A stretch of DNA of 64,000 nt from Pseudomonadota bacterium (GTDB lineage Bacteria; Myxococcota; JACRCW01; JAFGSX01), in assembly GCA_043821645.1 (NCBI GenBank), contig JBDRCO010000072.1:64001-128000 (forward strand). Direction: 5' to 3'. The notes under the pieces were generated by a model that searched no databases, was not told the origin of the DNA, and saw only the letters and a list, made by a program, of their open reading frames with translations. The position numbers and the translations under genes are program-made. Below, piece by piece: positions 10,072-19,035 of the stretch. How positions within the stretch are numbered: position 1 is the first letter of the stretch; every line of letters begins with the position of its first letter.

Positions 10072-11649
10072 ATGGGTGCGACTGCACACTCGGCGGTTCT
10101 GGTCCTGGGGGCTGGATTGTGGCTTCTGAGCCTGGCCTGCGAGCGCACTGCCATCGAATGCGAGCTTGGCTGTGGCCCTGTGCGCGGCCCGCTGGGTCAG
10201 GGTGGCGAGCCTGCGGATGCCGGAGGAGCCGATCGCGAGGATCTGCAGGTCCATTCCGACGACGCGGGAGCACCCATTCTCACCAGCGATGCAGCCTCAG
10301 CCTCGGACAGCGCGCTGGGCGTGGACAGCAGCCTGTGCGGCAATGGCCAGCGCGATCCCGGTGAGACCTGCGATCCTCAAGGCACGTGCCCCGTGCTGTG
10401 CGACGACCAGAACGCCTGCACCGTCGACACCCTGAGCGGTCGTGCGGACAGCTGCACGTCGCTGTGCACCCATGTGGCCACCACCCAGTGCACGGGAGGC
10501 GACGGCTGCTGTCCCCCGGGCTGCGATCAGAGCACGGACAGCGACTGCCCCGCCTGCGGCGCCCTGGACCTGCGCCTTGGCCACAGCGACGTAGCTGTGA
10601 ACTCGAGCGTGGTGCTGCACGGCGGAGGATACTGGTCCGGCAACAGACCTTTGATCTTGGCACCCCGCAGTGACGGCAGCGCCCTGGTGGGCTGGTATGG
10701 CGGCGATGGCCAGGTGCACGTGACACCCTTGACCACCCTGGATACCCGCGCCGGACCGGACCAGCTCCTGGCCGGTGACTCGCTGCGAGGCCTGGTGGCC
10801 CACGATGACGGCTTCGCCGCCCTGGTGGTGCGCGGTCAGGTCATGTGGCTGGTGCGACATGGGCTCGACGGTCAGCTTCGCTGGGAGCTGGCGTTGACCT
10901 CGAGCGTGGATCAGCTCACCGAGGGCGACACCTGGGTCGACGACTGGGGCCACGAAGGGCGCCTGCTGTGGGACGGCGCGCAGTACGTGGCCTATCACGG
11001 CGAGACCCGCTTCTGGGGTGCCCAGGGCAAGCACCAGGGGGATCAGCTGGTGATGGTCGACGCCGCGGGGCAGCGCGCCGGGGGTGGCTGGTGGTGGGGT
11101 TGCAGCCACAGCCTCGACGTGCGCCTGGCGCACAACGGCACGCGTCTGGGACCACTGTGCCTGTCGGACTGCTATCCCGGCCAGGGGGTGTACTTCGACC
11201 ACCAGACCCTGGTGTCGACGGAAAACGGCAATTGCTCGGGAAGTTCGGACGCAGCCCTGGGCGGCCTGGTCGGGGTCGCCGACGGCTTCTTCGTCAGCTA
11301 TGCCGGCCGCGAGGGACGCGACAGCCTCGACGTGGCCCTGCGCTTCGTGCCCAACGGCGGCGCGCCGGGCGAGGAGCTGTGGCTCACCGAGACGCCCGGC
11401 ATCGACGAGGGAAACATCCACCTCGGCCGCTACGGCGAGCACCTGCTGCTGCTTTTCGAGGCCCAGGCCGGACTGCAGGCCCGGGTGCTCCGGCACGACG
11501 GCAGCACCGTCGAGGGCGACGTCAGCCTGGATACCGGCATCGCGGCCTTCAACGATCTGGTGAGCCTGTCTGACGGCGACCTGGGCTGGGTGCACCCGGG
11601 CCCGGATGGTCATAGCCTGCGCGTGAATCGCCTGGCCTACTGCCCCTGA
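10072..11649 (+). CDS. Secreted/lipoprotein with Cys-rich repeats and a beta-rich C-terminal domain
   Basis: Lipobox LSLAC. CGNGQRDPGETCD is a myxobacterial Cys-repeat type; CDDQNACTVD and GDGCCPPGC follow. Confidence 0.75.
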   Translation: MGATAHSAVLVLGAGLWLLSLACERTAIECELGCGPVRGPLGQGGEPADAGGADREDLQVHSDDAGAPILTSDAASASDSALGVDSSLCGNGQRDPGETCDPQGTCPVLCDDQNACTVDTLSGRADSCTSLCTHVATTQCTGGDGCCPPGCDQSTDSDCPACGALDLRLGHSDVAVNSSVVLHGGGYWSGNRPLILAPRSDGSALVGWYGGDGQVHVTPLTTLDTRAGPDQLLAGDSLRGLVAHDDGFAALVVRGQVMWLVRHGLDGQLRWELALTSSVDQLTEGDTWVDDWGHEGRLLWDGAQYVAYHGETRFWGAQGKHQGDQLVMVDAAGQRAGGGWWWGCSHSLDVRLAHNGTRLGPLCLSDCYPGQGVYFDHQTLVSTENGNCSGSSDAALGGLVGVADGFFVSYAGREGRDSLDVALRFVPNGGAPGEELWLTETPGIDEGNIHLGRYGEHLLLLFEAQAGLQARVLRHDGSTVEGDVSLDTGIAAFNDLVSLSDGDLGWVHPGPDGHSLRVNRLAYCP

Positions 11650-11734
11650 CCGCACGCAGCACATCGAGTGGATTCAAACCATTCGAGGGGCACCGTTTTC
11701 ACCGGAGACGAGAGGCCGGCGGGTCCGCTGGAGG

Positions 11735-12304
11735 TCAGCCCTTGGCCCGTCCTAGGCAGCGCCCGTCGCGGGTATCCACGCGCACCTTCTCGCCGCTGGT
11801 CATGTACTCGGGCACCTGGATCACGATCCCGGTCTCGAGAGTGGCGGGCTTGCTCTGGGAGGTGGCGGTGGCGTTCTTGATCACAGGACCGGTGTCCGCG
11901 ATCGTGAGCTCGACCACCTGGGGCAGCTCGATGGTGAGCACCTGCTCGTTGTAGGTCAGGGCGCGCAGCTGCATGCCGTCGAGCAAATAGCCCACGACGT
12001 CTCCCAGGGTCTCGGCGTCGAGGCTGTACTGATCAAAGGTCTCGCTATCCATGAAGGCGTAGCCATCGCCATCCCGGTACAGGTACTGCACCTCGCGCCT
12101 GTCCACGTCGGCCAGTGCCAGCATGTCCGCGCCACGAAAGCTCTTGGTCAGCACCTGGCTGGTCTTGAGATTGCGCAGCTTGGCCTTGATCAGGGTACTG
12201 GCTCCTCGGGCCGACGGCGTCTGGGTCGTGACTTCGAGCACCAGCCAGGGGGCCTCGTCGAGCTCGAGCACAGCGCTCCGCTTGAGTTCAGTGGCCTGGA
12301 TCAC
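11735..12304 (-). CDS. yeiP: Elongation factor P-like protein (EfpL/YeiP type)
   Basis: EF-P fold motifs (KPATLETG, VPEY, VDTR). Loop TPSARGAST has Arg at the tip, as in EfpL/YeiP. GGAGGTG RBS. Confidence 0.85.
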   Translation of the reverse strand: MIQATELKRSAVLELDEAPWLVLEVTTQTPSARGASTLIKAKLRNLKTSQVLTKSFRGADMLALADVDRREVQYLYRDGDGYAFMDSETFDQYSLDAETLGDVVGYLLDGMQLRALTYNEQVLTIELPQVVELTIADTGPVIKNATATSQSKPATLETGIVIQVPEYMTSGEKVRVDTRDGRCLGRAKG

Positions 12305-12323
12305 GGATTCACCTCCCGCGCGC

Positions 12324-12881
12324 TCAGGCTCCGGCCCAGGGCCGGGTCAGGTCGTTCTTGACGCCGAGCAGGTCCAGCACGCGCCCGATGGTGTTGTCGA
12401 CGAGGTCGTCGATGCTTTTGGGCCGGCTGTAGAAGGCAGGCACCGGCGGCATGACGATGCCGCCCATCTCGGTGAGCGAGGTCATCAGGCGCAGGTGCCC
12501 GAGGTGCAGCGGCGTCTCGCGCACCAGGGCGATCAGGTGCCGGCGCTCCTTGAGCGTGATGTCCGCGGCGCGCACGACCAGGTCCTCGGCGTTGCTCGTC
12601 GTCACCGCGGACAGGGTCCGGATCGAGCACGGGGCGATGACCATGGCATCCCAGGCCGTCTGGCCGCTGGCGATGGCCGCACCCACATCCTCGACGTCAT
12701 GCCAGCGGGTGGCTAGCTCGCGCACCCCGTCCAGGCTGTAGTCCGTCTCGATGTGCATCACCCGCGTGGCCGCCTCGGTGACGATGAGATCGGTCTCGAC
12801 ATGGGCCGCCTTGAGCGCGGAGAGTAAACGCACACCGTAGATGGTGCCGGTGGCACCGGTGATGGCAACAACGATCCTCAT
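12324..12881 (-). CDS. ubiX: Flavin prenyltransferase UbiX
   Basis: Start re-called at ATG 12881. Motifs VAITGATG, IASG, APCS, RAAD..LKERR, RETP, PAFY. Confidence 0.95.
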   Translation of the reverse strand: MRIVVAITGATGTIYGVRLLSALKAAHVETDLIVTEAATRVMHIETDYSLDGVRELATRWHDVEDVGAAIASGQTAWDAMVIAPCSIRTLSAVTTSNAEDLVVRAADITLKERRHLIALVRETPLHLGHLRLMTSLTEMGGIVMPPVPAFYSRPKSIDDLVDNTIGRVLDLLGVKNDLTRPWAGA

Positions 12882-13687
12882 GCTCTCTTCTCCCAGCTGA
12901 CCAAGGTTCCGACGTCTCCACCGGCCAGCGCTTCGGCCACACGACCATCCACGTTGGCGTCGACGATGCGCGCACGCACACCCTTTCGCGTGGCCTGCAG
13001 CAACGCTGCAATCTTGCCCGCCATGCCGCCGGTGACGTCGACGTGGGTGGATCCGCCCAGGCGTGCGGCGACATGCTCCCAGTTGCCACGGTGAATGTGC
13101 GGAATGGGCCGGGTCGAACCATTCTTGGGTACACCCTCGTACACGCCGTCGACGTCGGTGGCATAGACCAGGGTGTCGATCCCCAGACCGGTGGCGGCAT
13201 AGGGTGCGATCTGGTCGCCGGACAGGATGGCGCACCCCTGCTCGGTGTCGATGGCGGGCACGCCGTAGAACATCGGCACACCACCCTGCTCGAGGATGTG
13301 CCGCGCCACCTCCAGGTCCATTTTCTCGAGCACACCGGCGCGCAGCCTTGCTGACGCCGAGGCCTGCAGTGGGATCGCGGGCACGCCCACGCCGATGAAG
13401 ATCGCGGCGACCTCAGCCGCCAGCAGGTACTGCAGGCGCTGGGTCTCGGCCCATGCCACCAGGGCTGAAGGCACCTGGGTACCGCGGTCTATGCCGGTGC
13501 GCTGCACGATGCGGTGCCCGTAGGATCCGGCGCCGTGCACCAGCACCAGCCTGTCCAGGCTCGCGCCCGCGATCTCCTCGGCCAGTCGCCGGACCACCTC
13601 GGTGCGCACACGCAGCTCGTCGCTGCCCTTGTCCGTGACCACCGAACCGCCGAGCTTGACCACTGCGTCGATGACTGTCCGTGCCAT
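12878..13687 (-). CDS. ipk: Isopentenyl phosphate kinase (amino-acid kinase family)
   Basis: KLGGSVVTDK, the IPK-type LVHGAGSYGH with conserved His, ILSGD, TDVDGVY and DVTGGMAGKI. ATGA overlap with ubiX. Confidence 0.85.
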   Translation of the reverse strand: MARTVIDAVVKLGGSVVTDKGSDELRVRTEVVRRLAEEIAGASLDRLVLVHGAGSYGHRIVQRTGIDRGTQVPSALVAWAETQRLQYLLAAEVAAIFIGVGVPAIPLQASASARLRAGVLEKMDLEVARHILEQGGVPMFYGVPAIDTEQGCAILSGDQIAPYAATGLGIDTLVYATDVDGVYEGVPKNGSTRPIPHIHRGNWEHVAARLGGSTHVDVTGGMAGKIAALLQATRKGVRARIVDANVDGRVAEALAGGDVGTLVSWEKRA

Positions 13688-13693
13688 GGCTGC

Positions 13694-13723
13694 ACCTTGC
13701 CGCCCGTCGCGGGTGGGCGTCAA
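13694..13723 (-). promoter_or_regulatory. Possible sigma70 promoter giving a leaderless ipk transcript
   Basis: TTGACG-N18-CAAGGT, ending 6 nt before the ipk ATG. The -10 is weak. Confidence 0.3.
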
Positions 13724-13769
13724 GCGTGGGCGACGAGGACCATCCGCACTGGCGTCCACGCGATGCGGC

Positions 13770-14798
13770 TCACCAGTCGCCATCGCGCACACGCAGGATC
13801 TTGATCATCTGCACGTACAGCTTCCGCACCGCCGGCACCACCACCGGGTCGTCGTCCTGCAGAGCCTGGCCGAACTTCTGATGATCCAGACACTTGATCG
13901 AATGAACCGTGGCCAGGGTGGGACTCGCCTTCAGGGTGGGCGCACCCTCATCGTACAGATCGAACCACGGCAGCCCGTAGGTGCTGTAGCTGCGCGCGGT
14001 CACCGGCGTCGCGGGCGGCTCCTCGCCGGTGATCTCGCGCCAGCGCTCACTGTTGACGATGTGCACGAAGATACGCGCGCTGTTGTGGGGATCCCAGGTC
14101 TCCACGCCGTGGGGGTCGGGGTAGATCTTCTGGGTCATGCGGCCGCCGGCGGCCAGGCCCATGCCGGCCCCGGCGCTGCGGGCCCGACTGGGAGCCGGGG
14201 CACCACAGGGGGTGGCCTCCTCGCAGTCGCAGGCCATGTCCACCATACCCTCGTAGGGCGCGTGGTCCGGGAAACGACCGGGCCGCGGCTCGTAGACCTG
14301 CAGCTGCATGCCCCCAAAAAGCTCCTGGCCGGTGACCTGACCCTCGACGCTGTAGCCCATGCCCAGGGGCATGGCCACGAACTGCCGGATCACGCCGGGC
14401 GCCACGCAGATGCCGTCGAGCCAGGGCTGCGGCGGCGTCACCAGGTAGTCCTGTGGCGATGTGTGCAGGCTGTCGGACCAGGGCTGACCGGTCAGCGCGC
14501 AGACCTTGCCGATGCCAACCTTCACTGCCCGCGGCTTCCAGTGCGGCGTGCTCAGGCAGATCCACAGGGCCTCGCGCTGGAACATGGGCAAGAACACGCC
14601 GCCGCGGTCGCGCCATTCGGCCGGGACCCTGTCGGCATAGTCCTGCACCCGGCGCAGCGGAAAGGCACCCAGCCCCGGGGGCAGCGGGTAGCGCTTGTCG
14701 TCGTCGGGGATGCGCAGGGTGCGCTGAAAGGTGACGCGGGTGCCGTCGTTGAAGACCAGGCTGTCGTTGTCGATGCGGACCTTGTCGTGGGTGCTCAT
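13770..14798 (-). CDS. Conserved protein of unknown function (FQRTLRIPDD / FVAMPLG / MGLAAGG family)
   Basis: Strong AAGGAGG RBS and globular composition. The motifs recall a bacterial/fungal uncharacterised family (from memory). Confidence 0.8.
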   Translation of the reverse strand: MSTHDKVRIDNDSLVFNDGTRVTFQRTLRIPDDDKRYPLPPGLGAFPLRRVQDYADRVPAEWRDRGGVFLPMFQREALWICLSTPHWKPRAVKVGIGKVCALTGQPWSDSLHTSPQDYLVTPPQPWLDGICVAPGVIRQFVAMPLGMGYSVEGQVTGQELFGGMQLQVYEPRPGRFPDHAPYEGMVDMACDCEEATPCGAPAPSRARSAGAGMGLAAGGRMTQKIYPDPHGVETWDPHNSARIFVHIVNSERWREITGEEPPATPVTARSYSTYGLPWFDLYDEGAPTLKASPTLATVHSIKCLDHQKFGQALQDDDPVVVPAVRKLYVQMIKILRVRDGDW

Positions 14799-14817
14799 CT
14801 CGTCCTCCTTGTCGGGG

Positions 14818-14844
14818 TAGACGGGAGCGACCCCCAGGCGTCAC
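14818..14844 (-). promoter_or_regulatory. ECF sigma promoter (GTGAC-N16-CGTCTA) for the 13770..14798 gene
   Basis: Minus strand reads GTGAC gcctgggggtcgctcc CGTCTA. Boxes and spacing are identical to the divergent copy. Confidence 0.75.
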
Positions 14845-14911
14845 GGGCAGCGCGTGAGGTCGATGCAACGGCGCGCAAGATCAGGACTATTCGAAAATCG
14901 TCGGCAGCCCG

Positions 14912-14938
14912 GTGACAGATCCCCGGAGGCGACGTCTA
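14912..14938 (+). promoter_or_regulatory. ECF sigma autoregulatory promoter (GTGAC-N16-CGTCTA)
   Basis: GTGAC agatccccggaggcga CGTCTA, 8 nt before GTG 14947. Confidence 0.75.
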
Positions 14939-14946
14939 ATACCCGG

Positions 14947-16014
14947 GTGGATTCCAGGTCCGCCACCGAACAGGAGTTCAGGGACTGCCTGGCGCGAGGT
15001 CAGCGCCGGCAAGCCGCCGAGTGGCTGGTGCGCCAGCACGCGGACACCGTGCTCGGGCTGTGCGTGGCCATGGTGCGCGATCGCACCCTGGCCGAGGACC
15101 TGGCACAGGATGCCTACGGCAAGGCATTCAAGAGCCTGGCCGGCTTTCGCGGCGAGGCCTCGGCGCGCACCTGGCTGCTGACCATCGCCCGCAATCGTTG
15201 CCTCGACCACCTGCGCCAGCGCGCACGCGATCCCTGGGGAGGCGTGGCGCCCGAGGTGGACGGCGACCCGGACCAGCACCCGGATCAAGCACCTTTGCCC
15301 TCGGACCTCTTGATGCGACGCGACGACGTGGAGGATGCACTGGCCGAGCTGTGCGAGGGCGATCGCGCCCTGGTGGTGCTGCGCTTTCGCAATGGCCTCG
15401 ACTACGACGAGCTGGCCATGGCCTTCGGACTGCGCGAGGGCACGGTGCGCATGCGGGTGAGCCGGGCCCTGGCGCGCATGCGGCTGGCCCTCGAGCGCAA
15501 GCATGCGGAGCCCGTGGCGGAGCGCGCGGTGCAGGCCGCGCCGAGCCGTGCCCGCATGGCCGCGGTGCCTGCACCACACCAGATGCCCGATGCCCCGCCA
15601 GCCCCCGTGCCCGAGGACAGGCCCCAGGATGGTGTGTCACCCGCGCGCGCCGGGGAGCTGGACTTCTCCGATGAGGACCTGGGTGCACCGGAGGCACAGG
15701 CTGAGGCGGCGTTCGACGACCGTGACGCCGACGGCGCGGCGGCCGACGAGGCGGCGGGGCTGCCTGCGGAGCTCGAGGAACTCGAGGCCTACGACGACGA
15801 GGTCAAGACCGATCGCGAGCTGGCTGTGCCTGCCCCCGCGGCCGCGCCCGCACCGGCGCGTCGGGGCCCCGCCGAGACCCTGGGCGGCACCGCGCTGCCG
15901 CGGCCGTCCTTCCCGGTCGAGCACCCGCTCACCGCCTACTTCGCAGCCACTCGGGGCGCGCCCAGCCAGGGACTGGTGATGCGGCTGCTGGGGGGAGCGC
16001 GCTCGCTGCTGTAG
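14947..16014 (+). CDS. ECF sigma-70 factor with a long C-terminal extension
   Basis: Region 2 AEDLAQD...FRGEASARTWLLTIARNRCLDHLR and region 4 GLDYDELA...GTVRMRVSRA, then an acidic/Pro-Ala tail. Start placed at GTG 14947, just downstream of the promoter. Confidence 0.88.
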   Translation: MDSRSATEQEFRDCLARGQRRQAAEWLVRQHADTVLGLCVAMVRDRTLAEDLAQDAYGKAFKSLAGFRGEASARTWLLTIARNRCLDHLRQRARDPWGGVAPEVDGDPDQHPDQAPLPSDLLMRRDDVEDALAELCEGDRALVVLRFRNGLDYDELAMAFGLREGTVRMRVSRALARMRLALERKHAEPVAERAVQAAPSRARMAAVPAPHQMPDAPPAPVPEDRPQDGVSPARAGELDFSDEDLGAPEAQAEAAFDDRDADGAAADEAAGLPAELEELEAYDDEVKTDRELAVPAPAAAPAPARRGPAETLGGTALPRPSFPVEHPLTAYFAATRGAPSQGLVMRLLGGARSLL

Positions 16015-16366
16015 GCAGCGCCCCGGGGCACCCTCGTTCGCGCTCGCCCGCAGAACACCACGCGGCCCCGAGGTGCACGCGCACGTCGCGGGCGTTCTCA
16101 CACGGACCCGTCAGGTGGTGAGGTCTCACCCATGGTGCTGGCGCCGGGGCGTTCAGGTGCTACCTAGTTCCCACGCGCTTGCTCGGAGCAACCGGCCGTG
16201 ACCCTGCTGCCCCGCTGGTCGCCTCTACCGCTCGAATCATGTAGAGAGCGGAGTGGCGAGGGGGGTACCGTCCGCCAGGGGCGTGCCACTCGCTGTGCTT
16301 CGACAACTCCGGCGCCGCTGGAACTTCGGTGACGGCGACCGCGGCAGCTGCGGATGGAGGACTCCC

Positions 16367-17686
16367 GTGCGCAAGGTGGTGCTTTACAGCGTCCTGCTGT
16401 TCGTCGGACTGGCGCTGTCCCAGGTCCTGCCGGCGTTGCTGGGCACAGCCCAGGACAGCGTCGCCACGGCGATCCGCGTGCTGACCATGACGGGCCTGGC
16501 CTTCATCATGATCCACGTCGGCTTCGAGTTTCACCTCGACAAGTCGCGGCTCGGCTCCTACGGCTGGGACTACCTGGTGGCCTTCACCGCGGCCTCCTTT
16601 CCCTGGGTGCTGGTGACCGGCTACTTCGTGTTCGTGATGCTGCCGCCCGAGCTGTGGAGCAACTTCGACGCCTGGAAGGAGACCCTCCTGGCCGGCCGCT
16701 TCGCCTCGCCCACCTCGGCGGGGGTGCTGTTCAGCATGCTCGCCGCTGCGGGGCTGGGCGCCACCTGGGTGTTCCGCAAGGCGCGGGTGCTGGCGATCTT
16801 CGACGACCTGGACACCGTGCTGCTGATGATCCCGCTGAAGATGCTCATGGTGGGTCTGGCCTGGCAGCTGGGCCTGATCGTCGTGGTCATGGCTGCCCTG
16901 CTGGCTGTGGCCTACGTCTGGATGCACCGGGTGCGCCTGCCCCTGAGCTGGGGCTGGGTGCTGGGCTATGCCGCGGCGATCGTCGGCATCAGCGAAGTCC
17001 TGTACGCCAGCAGCAAGCTGGTGGACCCGTCGGTGCCCATCCACATCGAGGTGCTGCTGCCCGCCTTCGTGCTCGGCGTCATCGCACGGCCGCGGGAGAC
17101 CGCCCCCGGCGCCGACGCCGCCGGGGTCGAGCACGCGCTGCACGCGCTGCTCGAGCGTCCTGGCGAGCAGCGCGCCACCTCCGTCATCTCGGCCGCCTTC
17201 ATGGTGCTGGTGGGGCTGAGCATGCCTGCCATCCTCGGCGGGCTGGATGGGCAACATCCGCAGCCGGACCCGGCGGTGCTGCACGCCGCGGCCCCCGGCG
17301 CGGTGGTCGACGATCCTGTCCAGCACGGCGGCCCGGCGCCGGGGCAGGCGACCGTGACGGCCAGCCAGCCGAGCCTGGGATGGGGCCTGATCGCCCTGCA
17401 CGTGCTGCTGATCACCCTGCTGAGCAATCTGGGCAAGATGTTCCCCGCCCTGGTCTACCGGCGTGAGGCACACTGGCGCCACCGCCTGGCCGTGGCCGTC
17501 GGCATGTGGCCCCGCGGCGAGGTCGGCGCCGGGGTACTGGTGCTCAGCCTCAGCTACGGCATCGGCGGCCCCGTGGTCACCGTGGCCATGCTCTCGCTGG
17601 CGCTCAACCTGGCGCTCACCGGGGTGTTCATCCTTCTGGTCCGCAAGCTGATCCACGGCGTGCCAGAGGGGCCAGCTGCCGCCTGA
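16367..17686 (+). CDS. Cation:proton (Na+/H+) antiporter family protein
   Basis: GGAGG RBS and GTG start. PTSAG, AIFDDLD and GMWPRGEVG are CPA-type motifs. Multi-TM. Confidence 0.85.
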   Translation: MRKVVLYSVLLFVGLALSQVLPALLGTAQDSVATAIRVLTMTGLAFIMIHVGFEFHLDKSRLGSYGWDYLVAFTAASFPWVLVTGYFVFVMLPPELWSNFDAWKETLLAGRFASPTSAGVLFSMLAAAGLGATWVFRKARVLAIFDDLDTVLLMIPLKMLMVGLAWQLGLIVVVMAALLAVAYVWMHRVRLPLSWGWVLGYAAAIVGISEVLYASSKLVDPSVPIHIEVLLPAFVLGVIARPRETAPGADAAGVEHALHALLERPGEQRATSVISAAFMVLVGLSMPAILGGLDGQHPQPDPAVLHAAAPGAVVDDPVQHGGPAPGQATVTASQPSLGWGLIALHVLLITLLSNLGKMFPALVYRREAHWRHRLAVAVGMWPRGEVGAGVLVLSLSYGIGGPVVTVAMLSLALNLALTGVFILLVRKLIHGVPEGPAAA

Positions 17687-17787
17687 GGCCCGGCTCGGTG
17701 CCGTCCCCTGCGGCGACCTCGACCGGAGACGGTGCCGCCAACCGGACGCAGGTGGCTCGCAGGCCGCCCATTGCATACCCTGAAGGG

Positions 17788-19035
17788 GTGATCGTTCTGT
17801 CTCCAGCCGCCGCCCGGCGCGGCAGGTGCTTCGTCGCCATCCCGCTGTGGCTTGTCGTGGCCTGCCCGGCCGTCCTACCTGGCGCGGATGCGGGCTCACC
17901 GCACCGCGACACGGGCCATGCAGACAGCGGCACGGTGGAGCTTGGATGGGTGGATGTGGCCTCGGGCGTCGACGCCACGACGGAGGAGGATGCGGGACGA
18001 CGCCACGACGCTGCTGTCGGACTCGACAGCGGCACGCCGCCAGACGGCCCTGCGGACGCGGGCCACGGCGACAGCAGCGATGGCGCGACCGCCGGGGATA
18101 TGGAGACGCTCCAGGACGCGTACATCGTCGAGGATGCCGGCCTGGACACTGACGCAGACCCGGGGCCCGATGCCGCAGAGCCGCCCGACGCCGGCTCTAC
18201 CGACGCCCTGATCCTGACCGCGGTCACCCTCAACACCCACAGCTTTCAGGAAGGTCCGGACTCCCTGGCCAAGCTGCAGCAGATCGGCCAGGGCCTGGCG
18301 GCCCTGCAGGCAGACGTGGTGGGCCTCAACGAGGTGATGAGCGGCGAGTTCTGGTCCTACGACTACGGCGGTGCCAGCTACGACGGCACCGCGCTGATCC
18401 AGCAGGAGCTCGAGGACGCCAGCGGCGTGACCTGGTACCACGCTGCGGTCGGCTTCGCTCACTGGAGTAGCGGCGAGCTGATGTCCAACGTGGTGCTGTC
18501 GCGCTATCCCCTTGTCGAGGTCGACAGCCGCGCGTTGACCACCACGGATTTCTGGCCGGCACCCGACGAGCAGCGCAACGCGGTTTACGTGCGCATCGAG
18601 CTGCCCGCGCGCGGTCCGCTCAATCTTTTCGTGACGCACGCCTGGGGCTGGGACTCGGTGGATACCCTGACCCAGATCGCCGAGGTCAAGACCTTCATGG
18701 CCAGCAAGGCCAGGGGCGATGAGGTCCTCGAGCTGCTGCTGGGGGATCTCAACATGCCCTCGACTTATGCAGGCTACGACGCATGGCTCGACGCGCCCCC
18801 CTTTGTGCTCGTCGACACCTCTGCCGTGGCCAACCCGTCCGGTATGGCCGACGCCACGACCGCGGATGAGATGTACCGCATCGACTACGTCCTGGCCCGC
18901 GAGGGTGCTGTGACGAACCAGCAACCGATGCGCCTGCAGTCGTTTCGGTCCTTTGATGGCCTCGAACACCTGGGTCTCACCCTGCCGCAGGTGTCGGACC
19001 ACTACGGCGTGGTCACGGTGTTCGCGCTGGAGTGA
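17788..19035 (+). CDS. Exported endonuclease/exonuclease/phosphatase (EEP) family protein
   Basis: TLNTH, GLNEV, GDLN, RIDYV and SDHYGV motifs. N-terminal lipobox-like LVVAC and a DAG-rich linker. Start approximate. Confidence 0.82.
   Translation: MIVLSPAAARRGRCFVAIPLWLVVACPAVLPGADAGSPHRDTGHADSGTVELGWVDVASGVDATTEEDAGRRHDAAVGLDSGTPPDGPADAGHGDSSDGATAGDMETLQDAYIVEDAGLDTDADPGPDAAEPPDAGSTDALILTAVTLNTHSFQEGPDSLAKLQQIGQGLAALQADVVGLNEVMSGEFWSYDYGGASYDGTALIQQELEDASGVTWYHAAVGFAHWSSGELMSNVVLSRYPLVEVDSRALTTTDFWPAPDEQRNAVYVRIELPARGPLNLFVTHAWGWDSVDTLTQIAEVKTFMASKARGDEVLELLLGDLNMPSTYAGYDAWLDAPPFVLVDTSAVANPSGMADATTADEMYRIDYVLAREGAVTNQQPMRLQSFRSFDGLEHLGLTLPQVSDHYGVVTVFALE

Noticed and set aside
12878-13687. 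Uridylate, acetylglutamate or glutamate kinase
   Set aside because: KLGGSVVTDK with HGAGSYGH and DVTGGM fits the IPK subfamily better.
16198-16227. Third copy of the ECF promoter upstream of the antiporter
   Set aside because: GTGAC is present but there is no CGTCTA at 16-nt spacing.
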